From the NCBI RefSeq assembly GCF_018977255.1, contig NW_024704742.1, forward strand, positions 99,512,001 to 99,576,000: a DNA stretch of 64,000 nt, in the 5' to 3' direction. A program made the position numbers and the translations under genes. Under the pieces are notes generated by a model. That model had not been told where the DNA came from. It saw only the letters and a program-made list of their open reading frames with translations, and searched no databases. The stretch comes from Callorhinchus milii (taxonomy: Eukaryota). Position 1 is the stretch's first letter. Each line of letters begins with the position of its first letter. Of this stretch, positions 41,503-53,260 are shown in pieces.

Positions 41503-43149
41503 TGCAACTGTGCTCAGGAGTCCTCCCTGTTTTTGCATCATTCCACCCTACTGAGTTCAATTGTAGAGTGGGACGTTCTCCCGACGTGAAAGCCACTTTA
41601 CAAATGTAATTTTTTTGTTGTTGTCGTTGTTGTAGTAGTAGTAGTAGGAGTACCCTCGGATTGGAATATTTTACAGATCTTAACAAACCTGTAATTAGCT
41701 TTCTGTATTTTGGCGTCTCAATGGGTTATTATTAGTGCCTCAGAATAAGTAAGCAAGCCTGTACAAAATGCACAACTCAAAGCAACCTTCTAAAGGTTGG
41801 CTGTCAATTCAAATTCATCTTCATTTTTCTCATTTTAGCTCTGCACAAAATTGCAGGCATATATCAGATTCCTAGCACTCGATCTATTCTAGTTATTAAA
41901 AGACAGTGCTAAACAAAAACGCATCCTATCCTCTGCCTCACCAACCTCTGTACAAAGATTCACATGATCTTCTTTGTTCTAACTACCCTGTTACGCTGGC
42001 CTCTAAAAAACATGTAGCTACAACGTTTAAGGCACAAGTTGCAAACGAGTGGACCGTTAAAACTTAATTGAGAAGAGACAACTAATAAAACAGTAGATAA
42101 GTTGTTCTATGAGGTTGACTTTTGCATCCCCCCCAAAATACTTCCACGCTCTTTGGACAGAAGGTCATCATGCAACTGTAGTTATTAGAAATCCAGCTCA
42201 TTAGCAGAAAAAAATTCAATAGCGTTTCTCAGCCCAAAGACCTTGGGAGGTCAACACAAGTTCGCCCAGAAAGCTCTCAGTAGTCAAAGGGCACCAACTC
42301 GTTCACCCACTTTGAAAGAGCTACGGTGAAACTATTCAAAGCTACAAAGCATTAAGTAGCCTGAAGAGTTTTTTTTGTTCTACAGGAACTCATGCTAGTT
42401 TGTGGTACCATTCACCAGTCAAATCTCTTCTTGCAGAGTTTTAGTCAGCTTTTAAAACCACTTGCATTCAAACAAATCTGTCCTTTGTTTTCTTCATTAT
42501 AGCTGCTTACCATTCGCAGTCCTTTGCTGCAGAATTGCAACAGCCAAATTACAGCAGCTCAACAAAGGACAGGAAGGTATATGCAAACATGTGTCTATTA
42601 ACTAAGCAGGAAGAACAAAAACAAACACACAAAAAGACAGTCCCCGTCAGAAAATGCATATATGGCTCCAATTTATTTTAACTTACTTATTGGCGTGATG
42701 TGATTGCTCGCATCAGTGACATGTCAAGTCATTTGTGGATGCAATTCTCAGCTGTGAAATATACCACTGCAGCACTTTTAAAAAGGTGACAAATTCCACG
42801 CTGAGATATTAACAGACCCTGCAAGGACTCTCGAACCTCTGCTAACCAACATACTTTCTATGGTAAACTCTCCACCACTTGAAAATCTGCTCTGTTCTAC
42901 AGCTTGTGGAACACTGGGGGGCTTTCCAGTTGTGCTCTGCATCCCAGTAATGTACTTTTTCATCATACATTTAACTGGCTAACCACCTAGTTAGTTGTCC
43001 TTATCACTAAGGTCTTTGACCCAGTGAAAAGCACAATTTGGTTCCCATTAATGCAATATAAACTAAATTGCAGAGCCTTATTTAACACTGTATAGGTAAA
43101 AGAGTTGGTTGTGGGCAAATCTTTATTATCTAATCTAAAATTAGAAAGC

Positions 43150-43240
43150 ATACCGTATATTGTTGAGATGCAGATCAGCCTGATCTCAAAAAATGGTGCA
43201 GCAGGCTTGACAGGCTGAATGACCTATTCCTGTTCATATT
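43150..43240 (+). mobile_element. CR1-type (shark HER1/HE1-like) 3' tail
   Basis: gatcagcctgatctc...aatggtgcagcaggcttgacaggctgaatgacctattcctgttc. Confidence 0.7.
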
Positions 43241-46082
43241 TTCAAAACCCTAGGAGTAGCTGATTATTGGTTTGCCAAATGCACTTAAGTCAGGCATGTT
43301 TAATAACAGTGAAACCACAAAAATGGACTACCTAGAAATAGCACAAACAACTGGAATTATAGGCTGCCTTTCGCTTGAGCTACACACATGGGGAGTGGCA
43401 AGTTTCACAGCATATTTGTGGTTTTCTGCATAAAAGACCGGCAGAAACAGAGTCACAGAATAATTAGTTATAATCGGCTCCAATTTATCAGTTTTACATG
43501 ACTAACTGCAGGGATGGAACAGAATAAACAGGCCAAAAGCAGACCTGCAAACACACTGAACACATTAAACAATTACTACAACTCTCCACCTTTTATCTTT
43601 TAGCAATGCAGTTGGACACATTTGTCTTCACCTAATTTTAAAACTGCCAACTGTACAAATATTTCACCTCCTGTTACAACATGATCCAGTGAGAAGTGCT
43701 TCCACCTTTCAGATGAATAACAAAGTACAGGATGCAAGAGTATGTGGGCACCCTACCAGTTCATGTCCTTTGAGCCTTACACACTTCGTGCACTTGAAGG
43801 TTTAAACCTGAATGATCCTGGGCATAGTCTGCAGGAAAAAACAACCCTGCGAGTATGTTTAGAAGAATGTGCTTGTCAATTATCTCTTGGAAGGATCACG
43901 ATAAGTGAGCAGCAGTGTGATACTGGACATTTTTTTACATGACTCACTGACTATCAGCAAAGCACTGTTTTTGTACACAATACATTCTTGATTGTTTTGA
44001 GGAATCTTTGCACTAAAAACAGTTCCCCCAGGAGACTGCTTGAGTGGTGAAACCACGCCACTCTAATCTTTGTTACCATGACACCTGCCTCCAGGATTTG
44101 AAAATGTACAGATCGCTTTGTTAAACAAAACTGTTTAATATGAACATTTTGGCTGAAAGATTAAAGAGCGATTGCGGTGGGTGGGGGGGGAGGAATGCAA
44201 AGGTCGGTCGTTTATGCATTCCAAGTAGCCAATTGAATCTTATAAAATGGTGCTGAAGCTTTAACCACAGCCAATGAGGAAAACTGATCGAGGCCAAGCT
44301 AACTTGGTATCTGTCTGAAGCAGATTAAAACAGCTCCCAATTTGCTGCCTGTTGGATGGAGACTGAGGTAAAATGATTTGATTGGGGAGTTGTCAAGGAA
44401 TGTGAAACACTTTGCCAGTTAGTCGCTTTTTCATTCCAAATCTGTTTAGATGCCCTTCTCGTGACTAATAGACTGCGGAACATTAGCCTCTGCACCTTCC
44501 TGCTTAAATCTTTATTAACATCTCGGTATCTCCTTGAAACTGTTTCCCCCAGCAATAAAATTCATCAAATAAAACACCATCTTCAAACCGCCCGATCTCA
44601 CTGGTGTCTAACGTTTCCAACAATAGGATCTGCAGAAATGCAAAGGTCATCACCTCAACAAGCTGGGAATTCACTTTACCCTATTATGCACTGGAACAAA
44701 ATCCTCTTCAACTCCACTGACCACTTCCATCCCAGGGAAATCAATTTATTGAATAGAATGGGACGAGAGATCACAGGGTGCCCAGTAAACTATATTAAAA
44801 GGGAAGCAATTAGTGTGAAAGAACTTAATTCATTCAACTTTTCCTCCATCTAAAATGGTGCAGGGGAACACACAAAGTCACTGTGTGGGCACACCAGCAC
44901 AAAGCAGGCAGTTTTAGACATTTAGGGACTATTGTGTAGGCATTAATCAAAACATTTTCGTTGCAAATAAGGAACCTGCAGGGTTTCCACACTCCCCTCT
45001 CTCTCGCTCGCTCGCTCTCTCTCTGGAATGCTCAGGAAATTGTTTCGCAGGCCAGCACTCACAAGGATAAGCGAGCTTCGCAAAGCAGCACAATTCCTCT
45101 GACCTATAATTATCCAACAAACAATGGGTCACAGCCGCCTAAGAAACTGCATAGTCTTTGGATAATTACCAACATACCGGCAGCCTGGCTGCACTCTAAC
45201 AATGAGAGGGAGGGGGGGGGGAGGCGAGGGCAAACTTTCCCGTCCCTTTCACACTGGACCTTCAGGATAAAGATCATCGCTGCCCCTACTTTCTGTGTTT
45301 CATAAAATACCATCTCATCTACCCATCCGGATATCTATGCATCTCTGCATTCTTGAAAGGCACGATGGCCCTGTGCAGCTTTAATGCAGGCGTTTAGTGT
45401 CCTGTTTGACTACAAAGCACCTCCCCCACCCTTCAGGCAAACACTGGAGATTACAGTGATAACAACCTGGGGGTTTTGCTCCAGCTGTGGGATTTTATTC
45501 CATTGTTCATAGGATAATAACAACATCCCTGTTATTGAACAGGGAAAAATGGGAACTAATGCTTCTTCCCCCCCCCCTCCACACGCACTCCTCCCACACA
45601 CAATCTTCCCTGTAATCGAGGCTATCATTTTAAACACACATCACCTACATCCACCAATGAATCATTCTCTGTGTCGCCAGTGACAATGTCAACAGTTAGG
45701 CATTGCTAACCACAAATCCTTTTAACAGGAGAGAGTGCTGTCAGCAAACTGGGGCTTGTGACTTGCGGGTTCATATTCTAATAGAAAAGGGACCTTTGCT
45801 TTCTCCTCTTTTTTTAAAAAAAAATAAGCCCAAAGCACACACGCGCGCACACCTTTTAAAGGTTTATGAAATCACAATTTCTTTGGGAGAAGGGTGGTGG
45901 GGGGGGGGGGGGGTTAAAAAAAGAACTCTCCCCCCCCCCCCCCCTCCCAACACATTACACCTGACTGTATTATTACTTTGCTCTTTTTAAAGGTTGTTCT
46001 TGAACTTTGCAACAACCCACTGATGGATGGATGGATTGCAACAGTGACACTTAGAATATTTAAAGCAGATTGCATGGTGCAC

Positions 46083-46310
46083 TTACACACACATATATAT
46101 ATTATATATATATATAACATATATGTATTTATATATATAACATATATGTATATATATATAACATATATATTTGTATATATAACATATATATATATTATGT
46201 ACATTGCATATAAAGAAAAAGCAACCCAGCAAACACCTGACACACACACACACACACACACGTGTGTGTGTATATATATATATATGCACACAAGCTGATA
46301 TCATGTAGAC

Positions 46311-46340
<30 letters not shown>
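46083..46340. repeat. Microsatellite cluster (TA)n/(CA)n/(TAA)n just inside the intron
   Basis: Directly visible, starting ~45 nt downstream of the first coding exon donor. Confidence 0.95.
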
Positions 46341-46342
<2 letters not shown>

Positions 46343-46344
46343 GC

Positions 46345-47460
46345 AATGCGGCAGCGGGACAGCAGAGCCCCGGGGGGTGGGTTACCTTCTCGGGTCTGGG
46401 TCTCTTGGCGGGGCGGGCGGGCTCCTCCCCGGGCTCCGGACCCTCTCTCTTGGCCGCGCCGGTGCCGCCGGTCAGTGTGGCGGAGTGCGGGCCGCCCTGA
46501 CCGTCCTGCCCGCGGGGCGGGGGCTCCCCGCCGGCACCACCGCAGGGATAGGACCCTCCGCCGCCGCCGCCGTTGCTTTTGGGACCGAAGCCATAGAGGT
46601 GGTGGTGGTGGTGGTGGTGAGCGGCGCCGGGTCCGGGTCCGGGTCCGGGTCCGCCCGGCACCGGCTGCTGCTGCCCCGCCTCCCCGGGCTTGCTGCCGGG
46701 CTCCTTGCGGGACCTGGCGGTGTCCCTGTCCCGCTTGCAGCCCGCCCTGCCGGGGGCCCGGCCCGGCTTGTCCTCCTTGGCTTTGCTGCTGCCGCTCACA
46801 GCGCCGCCGCCGCCGCCGCTGTTGTTGTTGTTGTTGTGATGACCGCCACTGCAGACGCCGCCGCCGCCGCCGCCGCTCACTGCCGGACCCAGAGCTGAAC
46901 TCATGCCACAAACCTCTCCAGGGCGCCCTTGAACTTCCTGCCTCTTGCCGTTGTTGCCGCCGCCGCCGTTGCCGCTCTCGGGAATGCCGTACAGCCCGGC
47001 CGTGCACGCGGATTTATGGGCATCCTTGCAAGTTTTGCTCCTTCTGACTTTGCACTTGCCGCCCCCCGTCTCCTTGTGGGAATGGCCCCCTTGGGGAGGC
47101 GGCTGCACGGCAGAGGAGGAGGAGGCGGAGGAGGAGGAGGAGGGAGAGGGAGAGGGGGTAAATTTCAGGCTGTCGGCCAGGGCTGATGCCGAGCCGCCTG
47201 CAGCGCCCGGAGCTATTGCCCCGCAATCCTGAGTGCTGCTGCTGCTGCTGCTGGTGCTGGTGGTTGCATTGCCGCCGCCGCCGCTGCTGCTATTGCCACT
47301 GTTGCCGCTGCTGCTGCTGCTGCTGCCGCTTGAGTTATGCATCTCCAGTTTCTGTCTGTCCTTCTCCAGATCGGCGTCCAGATCGATGATCAGATTGCCG
47401 ACGCCGATTTCCCAATCATCGCCGCTGTCGTAAGTCTCAACCGCTGCGCTCGGATCCACA
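46345..47460. promoter_or_regulatory. CpG-island-like region covering the first coding exon
   Basis: Very GC- and CpG-rich (ccg/gcc runs) against AT-rich flanks; judged by eye. Confidence 0.75.
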
Positions 47461-47495
47461 CCTTTCCCAGTTACATTGGCAATGTTCACTGACAT
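46386..47495 (-). CDS. ZNF608: ZNF608 first coding exon (N-terminal 370 aa)
   Basis: The translation [49 protein letters not shown]...LADSLKF...SHKET...[11 protein letters not shown]...HLYGFG matches the ZNF608 N-terminus as I recall it. MSVNI and [26 protein letters not shown] favour ZNF608 over its paralogue ZNF609. It ends at a donor AAG|GTAACC (GT at 46385-46384). Length 1110 nt, phase 0. Confidence 0.95.
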
Positions 47496-47636
47496 CCTGA
47501 AGATGGGATCTCTTGGATGAAAACCGCATGAACTTCACTGCCTGGGATCTGAGAGGACATTCGCTTTTCTCTTGCACGTGTTTCACCCCTTACTTATGAA
47601 TGTATATATATATATATATATATATGTGTGTATCTT

Positions 47637-47667
<31 letters not shown>

Positions 47668-47683
47668 TTTGAATTGTATGCAT
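47496..47683 (-). other. ZNF608: Probable 5' UTR part of the first coding exon
   Basis: The minus-strand acceptor-like sequence ttccttctgtgtgtatag| (AG at 47685-47684) lies 188 nt upstream of the ATG. A weaker alternative, tgtcctctcag|, would start the exon at 47548. Boundary inferred from splice motifs only. Confidence 0.55.
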
Positions 47684-48339
47684 CTATACACACAGAAGGA
47701 ACTCCATCACAGGACACATAGATAAGGATTTCTTCCCTCCTTTGCTCTTATTTTCCAGCCCCACGATCCATCCATACATCGGAATAAATTATTTCCTGCA
47801 AAAGAAGAGGAGGAAGGGAGGGAGGGGAATAAATCTTCGTGTTGTTGCATTGGAATCAACATTGTTTTATCTCTCCTCCCCCACCACCCAAAAAAAAACC
47901 ACACACTCACTTACCCACCACCCCACCCACTTATATATTTTGCTTTTTTTTTTAAATTGCACGTGGGTTTGATGTGTCTGAACTTTCCAATATGAGTTTT
48001 CTTACCCCCCTCACCTCCTCCCACCACCAATTTCCCCAATTCTCCTCTCTCTTCCCCCCCCCCACCCCCAAATCAAAACAAAAACAAACTTCACCGTTAT
48101 TTTTTTCTACTTAAATTAACTGTTTGTTTTTTAAAAAAATTAAAAAATGCAAACTGCAACAAAAACTACAAACTGCAACAAAAAATGATTTTCAGCATAA
48201 ATGCAGAGGGGGGGGGGGGGGCGTGGGGGGGGGAAGGGGGGTGGTTGTGGGGGGGGGGGGAGGGGGAGGGGGTGGAGCTGAATGCACAATAAAATACAAG
48301 ACACAAAAAGTTAAAACCCCAATGCAACAATAGCAAAAA

Positions 48340-50017
48340 AAAAGCCTAGATTTCAGTCAAGACTGGATGAAATGAATCACCATTCGCGCTCCATGAGATT
48401 TGCACCAGGGGTGGCCCCCAGTGACCGCAAATGAGGTTGTTTGACAAAGATCAGTGCAACCATTCAAACTTAAAATAAAACACATGCACCAGGGGTGATG
48501 ATGCAGCTCTTCCTTACCTTCAAAACCATTCACTTAAACACTCCTTTTTTTCCCCCCCCATCGCGATCCAAGACATGTGTGTGTGTGTGTGTGTGTGTTA
48601 AACAACAAAAAAAAAGCAAAATAAAAAAAAACATGTTGGGGGCGCATGATTGCTCAGTGCATCCTCCACGACTTGTGTTAATATTATATTACTGGGGAAA
48701 AAAGCATAACATTGCAAAGGGGAAGAAACCTCATCGCTAAGTTTTTTTTAAAGCAGAAACCCCACACAACGCTTGGATGCCTGTCCCTCCTCCTCACTGA
48801 CTGCCACACAGATCGGATTCTTTGCTTTCCACAGTTTAAAAAAAACACCAGGAAAGAGATTTAAAGTCCACACACGCGTCCAAATCCAAAAAAAAAAGAA
48901 AGGGGCAGAATAACTGCATTTATCTTCTTTCTTTTTTAAAAAAAAATGATAACCTTTATATATATATACATATATACATATATATATATATAAATCATCT
49001 AAAGTTTGCAAACTTCACCATTCCACCTTCACTGCCATACTTTTTTTTTCTCTTTTGGAGGCATCAATCAGGATGGTTAGTAAGTAAGCAAATGATGCCA
49101 TGAAAATAAGAGAGAGGGAGAGAGTGTGAGAGGAGAGGAGAGGGAGAGCTGGAGAACTACAGGCGTCCGGATGAAACAAGACAGAATGTGCTAACCCTGG
49201 GAAAAATTAATGAAGGGGGGGGGGGGGAGAAGAGGAAAAAATAAAAGAAACCTGGACTGGATTACACATTGTGTCCGGACGTGGCACCAGCGTTTTCTCA
49301 AACTGTGTCAAAAGACAAATTAAAGAGCAAGAGAGAGGAGAGAGGGAGAGAGAGAGAGAGAGAGAAGGGGAAAGACTGGTCGCTCACTCAGTGTTTGGTT
49401 ATTTTATGATCAAGAGTTTCACTGGGACCAGACACAGGGTTTTAAAGGAGGGGAGTGGGGGGGGGGGAGAAGGCATAGCAGTAAGGTGAGAGGGTAGGAG
49501 AGAGGGAAGGAGGAAGGGAGGGGGGGGGGGAAGGTAAGATCATTTAGGGTGGGTTTTTTTTGATAAATGTTGAGGATTTTCTGCTTACCAGTTTCTGTCA
49601 TCTTGTACTCGGATTAGGAGCTACACAGTTTAATTAGCTGGCGTTTAGAGCTAAAAGTTGTAATGAATTGTTGATGGATTTGCAGAGAGGGAGGGAGGGA
49701 GGGAGGGAGGGAAGGAGAAAGAGAGAAAGGAGGAGTGTGTATGTGTGTGTGTGTGTGTGTGTGGTGGTGGTTGGGGGGGGGTTCAACAACCAACCATCTA
49801 AAAGGAGCTATTTTGTTACAGTTCGAGCTTCAATCACGTGAAGCCCAGGCTCCCTGCAGCTCGATGTGATGTGAGAACAAAAAAAAATCGGTGACAAATG
49901 TATCAGAAAACTGATCTGGTCTCTTTTTTTTTGCAAAAAAAAAGAAAAAAGGAAAAAAAATAGAGGAGGATTCTGCATTAGTTTGGTGGTCAGTGTTGCT
50001 GCAAGTTATTGGATCTT

Positions 50018-50048
<31 letters not shown>

Positions 50049-52200
50049 CACATCATCCCAAATCAAATGAAAAACAAAAATACCTCTCACGTTTAAAACG
50101 TTTCATAAAATCTGGAGAGAGATTTTTTTTAAAAAAAAAGAAAAAAAACTATTGTGTGTGTTATGAATGATATAACGTACTATATAATGTGATTGTATAT
50201 ATAATTATATACATAATTTCTTTTTTTTAAAAAAATCAGCTGCACTGACTGGCAGTGGGATAAGGGGAGGGGGTGAGTGAGGGGCAAATAGAGACTGAGA
50301 CAGAGAGAGACACACACATAAATATATATATATTTTCCTGATCGACAGACGTGTCTGTGCTTCCCAACTCAACTTAAAAGGCAACACACACTCACACACA
50401 CACACACACTCACTCACTCACTCACACACTCAAAAAAAAACTTGTAGCTATTTTACAAGCTCAAGTTAGTATGATTTGAGTCACTGGGGAAAAATCAACT
50501 GCATTTATTTCAATGCTTCCCTATTTTTTGACCCCCCTCCCCCCCCCAAAAAAAACCTCTCCCCCCCCCCAAATCGTTTGTTTTGCATTTATTTATTTTT
50601 TGGGGAGGGGAAGGGGGGGAAAGTGGGGGGAGAGGGGAGGGGGAGGGTGTTGTATGTAACGAAATCGTCTAAAAGTTTCCAATGAAGGCGAATTAAAAGC
50701 TATATTGCAAACATCTGCTTTGTTTTATTTTAATCTCCGAGTTACCCGACAGTCACAAAGGAGGGGGTGAGAGGGTCGAGAGGTATTTTTGTTGTGGGGG
50801 GGGAGAGATTTGCAAACCCAGTGGGTTTTCCCTGGTCGCCAAATACCCAAATCTTTACAAAGACGCGATCTCCGGGTGATTTGCTACGAGTCGCTATTAC
50901 ACACAACAGTATTGTTGTACTTACGATCTGCACTGAGGCTGTGGGTCTCCCTCCGTGTGATCTAACACTGTAATCTCGGCATTGCTGCCGCTGCCGCTCT
51001 CGCTGTTTGTGGCATTGCCCCTGAGGCGGAGTGAGTGACTGAGTGAGTGACTGAGTGAGAGGCGAACTGCATGTCTGTGCGGCGCTGAGCCGCGCCGGGT
51101 ACCCGCTGCCGCGCCGGGAGCTGGTGCCTGGTGCCGGGGGCAGCACCAGGTGGGTGCCTGATGGGTGGGTGGTTGTATGGTTGGTGGGTGCCTGGTGCCC
51201 TTCCTCCCTCCCCGCCTGCCCCGCTGGTGCCTTCCCTCCCTGTCTGCCTTTTGCCCGTTCTACCCTGGCTGGTGCCCGCCGTCCTGCCTGGTGCCCTGCC
51301 TGGCTGCCTGTCTGGTGCCCTGCCTGGCTGCCTGTCTGGTGCCCTGCCTGGCTGCCTGTCTGGTGCCCTGCCTGGCTGCCTGTCTGGTGCCCTGCCTGGC
51401 TGCCTGTCTGGTGCCCTGCCTGGCTGCCTGTCTGGTGCCCTGCCTGGCTGCCTGTCTGGTGCCCTGCCTGGCTGCCTGTCTGGTGCCCTGCCTGGCTGCC
51501 TGTCTGGTGCCCTGACTGGCTGCCTATCTGGTGCCCTGCCTGGCTGCCTGTCTGGTGCCCTGATTGGCTGCCTGTATGGTGCCCTGATTGGCTGCCTGTC
51601 TGGTTGCCTGGTGCCCTGCCTGGCTGCCTATCTGGTGCCCTGACTGGCTGCCTGTCTGGTTGCCTGGTGCCCTGCCTGGCTGCCTATCTGGTGCCCTGCC
51701 TGGCTGCCTGTCTGGTTGCCTGGTGCCCTGCCTGGCTGCCTATCTGGTGCCCTGACTGGCTGCCTGTCTGGTGCCCTGATTGGCTGCCTGTATGGTGCCC
51801 TGCCTGGCTGCCTGGTGCCCTGCCTGGCTGCCTATCTGGTGCCCTGACTGGCTGCCTGTCTGGTGCTCTGCCTGTCTGGTGCCCTGCCTGGCTGCCTGTC
51901 TGGTGCCCTGCCTGTCTGCCTGTCTGGTGCCCTGCCTGTGTGGCTGCCCGGTGCCCTGCCTGTGTGGCTGCCTGGTGCCCTGCCTGTGTGGCTGCCTGGT
52001 GCCCTGCCTGTGTGGCTGCCTGGTGCCCTGCCTGCCGGCTGCCTGTTTGCCTGTTGGCTGCGGGTGCCGCGCTCTGCTCTGGTCTCACACCCGCTCCGCT
52101 CCTTTGTGTCGCAGCCATTTGCCCCGCAGCCAATCACAGGGCAGCTTTTAGCAAACCGAGCGCGTTCATTGGCTGCGCCTCTTCACATCCACAGACAGAG
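48340..52200 (-). promoter_or_regulatory. Putative ZNF608 promoter / non-coding first-exon region
   Basis: No recognisable SINE/LINE, many simple repeats, CpG-rich patches (50850-51150, 52050-52180), a CCAAT pair at 52130/52168, and strong minus-strand donor motifs at 48517 (AAG|gtaagg), 49588 (CTG|gtaagc) and 50924 (ATC|gtaagt). Confidence 0.55.
51285..52040. repeat. GC-rich minisatellite, 24-bp unit TGCCTGGCTGCCTGTCTGGTGCCC
   Basis: About nine perfect units at the left end, then variant units with length changes in multiples of 4 nt; roughly 30 units in total. Confidence 0.95.
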
Positions 52201-53260
52201 ACCAGGAGAGAGAGAGAGAGACTGAGAGACATGAGTGAGAGAGAAAGATAGAGAGAGACATGAGTGAGAGAGAGAGAGAGAGAGGGAGACATGAGTGAGA
52301 GAGAGAGATAGAGAGAGACATGAGTGAGAGAAAGAGACATGAGTGAGAGGAGAGAAAGAGAGACAAGAGTGAGAGGAGAGAAAGAGAGAGACAAGAGTGA
52401 GAGATAGAGAGAGGGAGACATGAGTGAGAGATAGAGAGATACAAGAGTGAGAGAAAGAGACATGAGTGAGAGGAGAGAAAGAGAGAGACAAGAGTGAGAG
52501 AAAGAGAGAGACATGAGTGAGAGATAGAGAGGCATGAGTGAGAGATAGAGAGAGACAAGAGTGAGAGATAGAGAGAGACATGAGTGAGAGATAGAGAGAG
52601 ACAAGAGTGAGAGAAAGACATGAGTGAGAGGAGAGAAAGAGAGAGATAAGAGTGATAGAAGAGAAAGAGAGATGAGTGAGAGAAAGAGTGAGACATGACT
52701 GAGAGGAGAGAAAGAGAGAGACGAGTGAGAGGAGAGAAAGAGAGAGACAAGAGTGAGAGAAAGAGAGACATGAGTGAGAGATAGAGAGAGACATGACTGA
52801 GAGGAGAGAAAGAGAGAGACGAGTGAGAGGAGAGAAAGAGAGAGACAAGAGTGAGAGAAAGAGAGAGACATGAGTGAGAGGAGAGAAAGAGAGAGACAAG
52901 GGTGAGAGAAAGAGAGAAACATGACTGAGAAGAGAGAGAGACAAGAGTGAGAGACTTTGCGAGAAAGACAGAGACAAGAGTGAGAGAAGGAGAGAAAGAC
53001 AGAGACAAGAGTGAGAGAAGAAGAGAACAAGACCTAAGGAAAGACTGAGAGATTGAGAGAAAGAGAGGGCGAGCGAAGAAGAGTAAAATGGAGAATGAGA
53101 GACTGAGGGAAAGAGTGACAGAAAGAGAGAGACTGAGTGAAAGAGTGAGAGACTGAGAGAGAGAGAGAGAGAGAGAGACTGACACTGAGAGAATGAGAAA
53201 ATGACATGAGAGTAAGAGTGACACGGGGACAAAGAGCGACTGAGACTGAATGTAGACTGA
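52195..53260. repeat. Compound GA-rich repeat (GAGACATGAGTGAGA/GAGACAAGAGTGAGA-type units)
   Basis: About 1 kb of purine-rich plus strand with recurring ~22-26 nt variants. Confidence 0.95.

Noticed and set aside
46083..46385. C-terminal 100 aa of the 470-aa ORF (poly-Tyr, YI repeats)
   Set aside because: Read-through past the splice donor into intronic microsatellites; homology resumes at 25119.
46195..47433. Alternative-frame and antisense ORFs over the ZNF608 exon (270 aa, 261 aa, etc.)
   Set aside because: Expected shadows of GC-rich trinucleotide-repeat coding sequence; no recognisable domains.
48401..48497. TGCACCAGGGGTG occurring twice, CTCF-like
   Set aside because: Only a partial match to the CTCF consensus; not supportable without a matrix scan or ChIP data.
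51055..52251. 398-aa ORF (WCPAWLPV repeats) and overlapping plus-strand ORFs
   Set aside because: Product of the stop-poor 24-bp minisatellite; open in several frames, non-ATG start, no domain.
51285..53260. CRISPR-like or other prokaryotic repeat array
   Set aside because: Head-to-tail tandem repeats without unique spacers, in a vertebrate intron/exon context with no cas-like ORFs.
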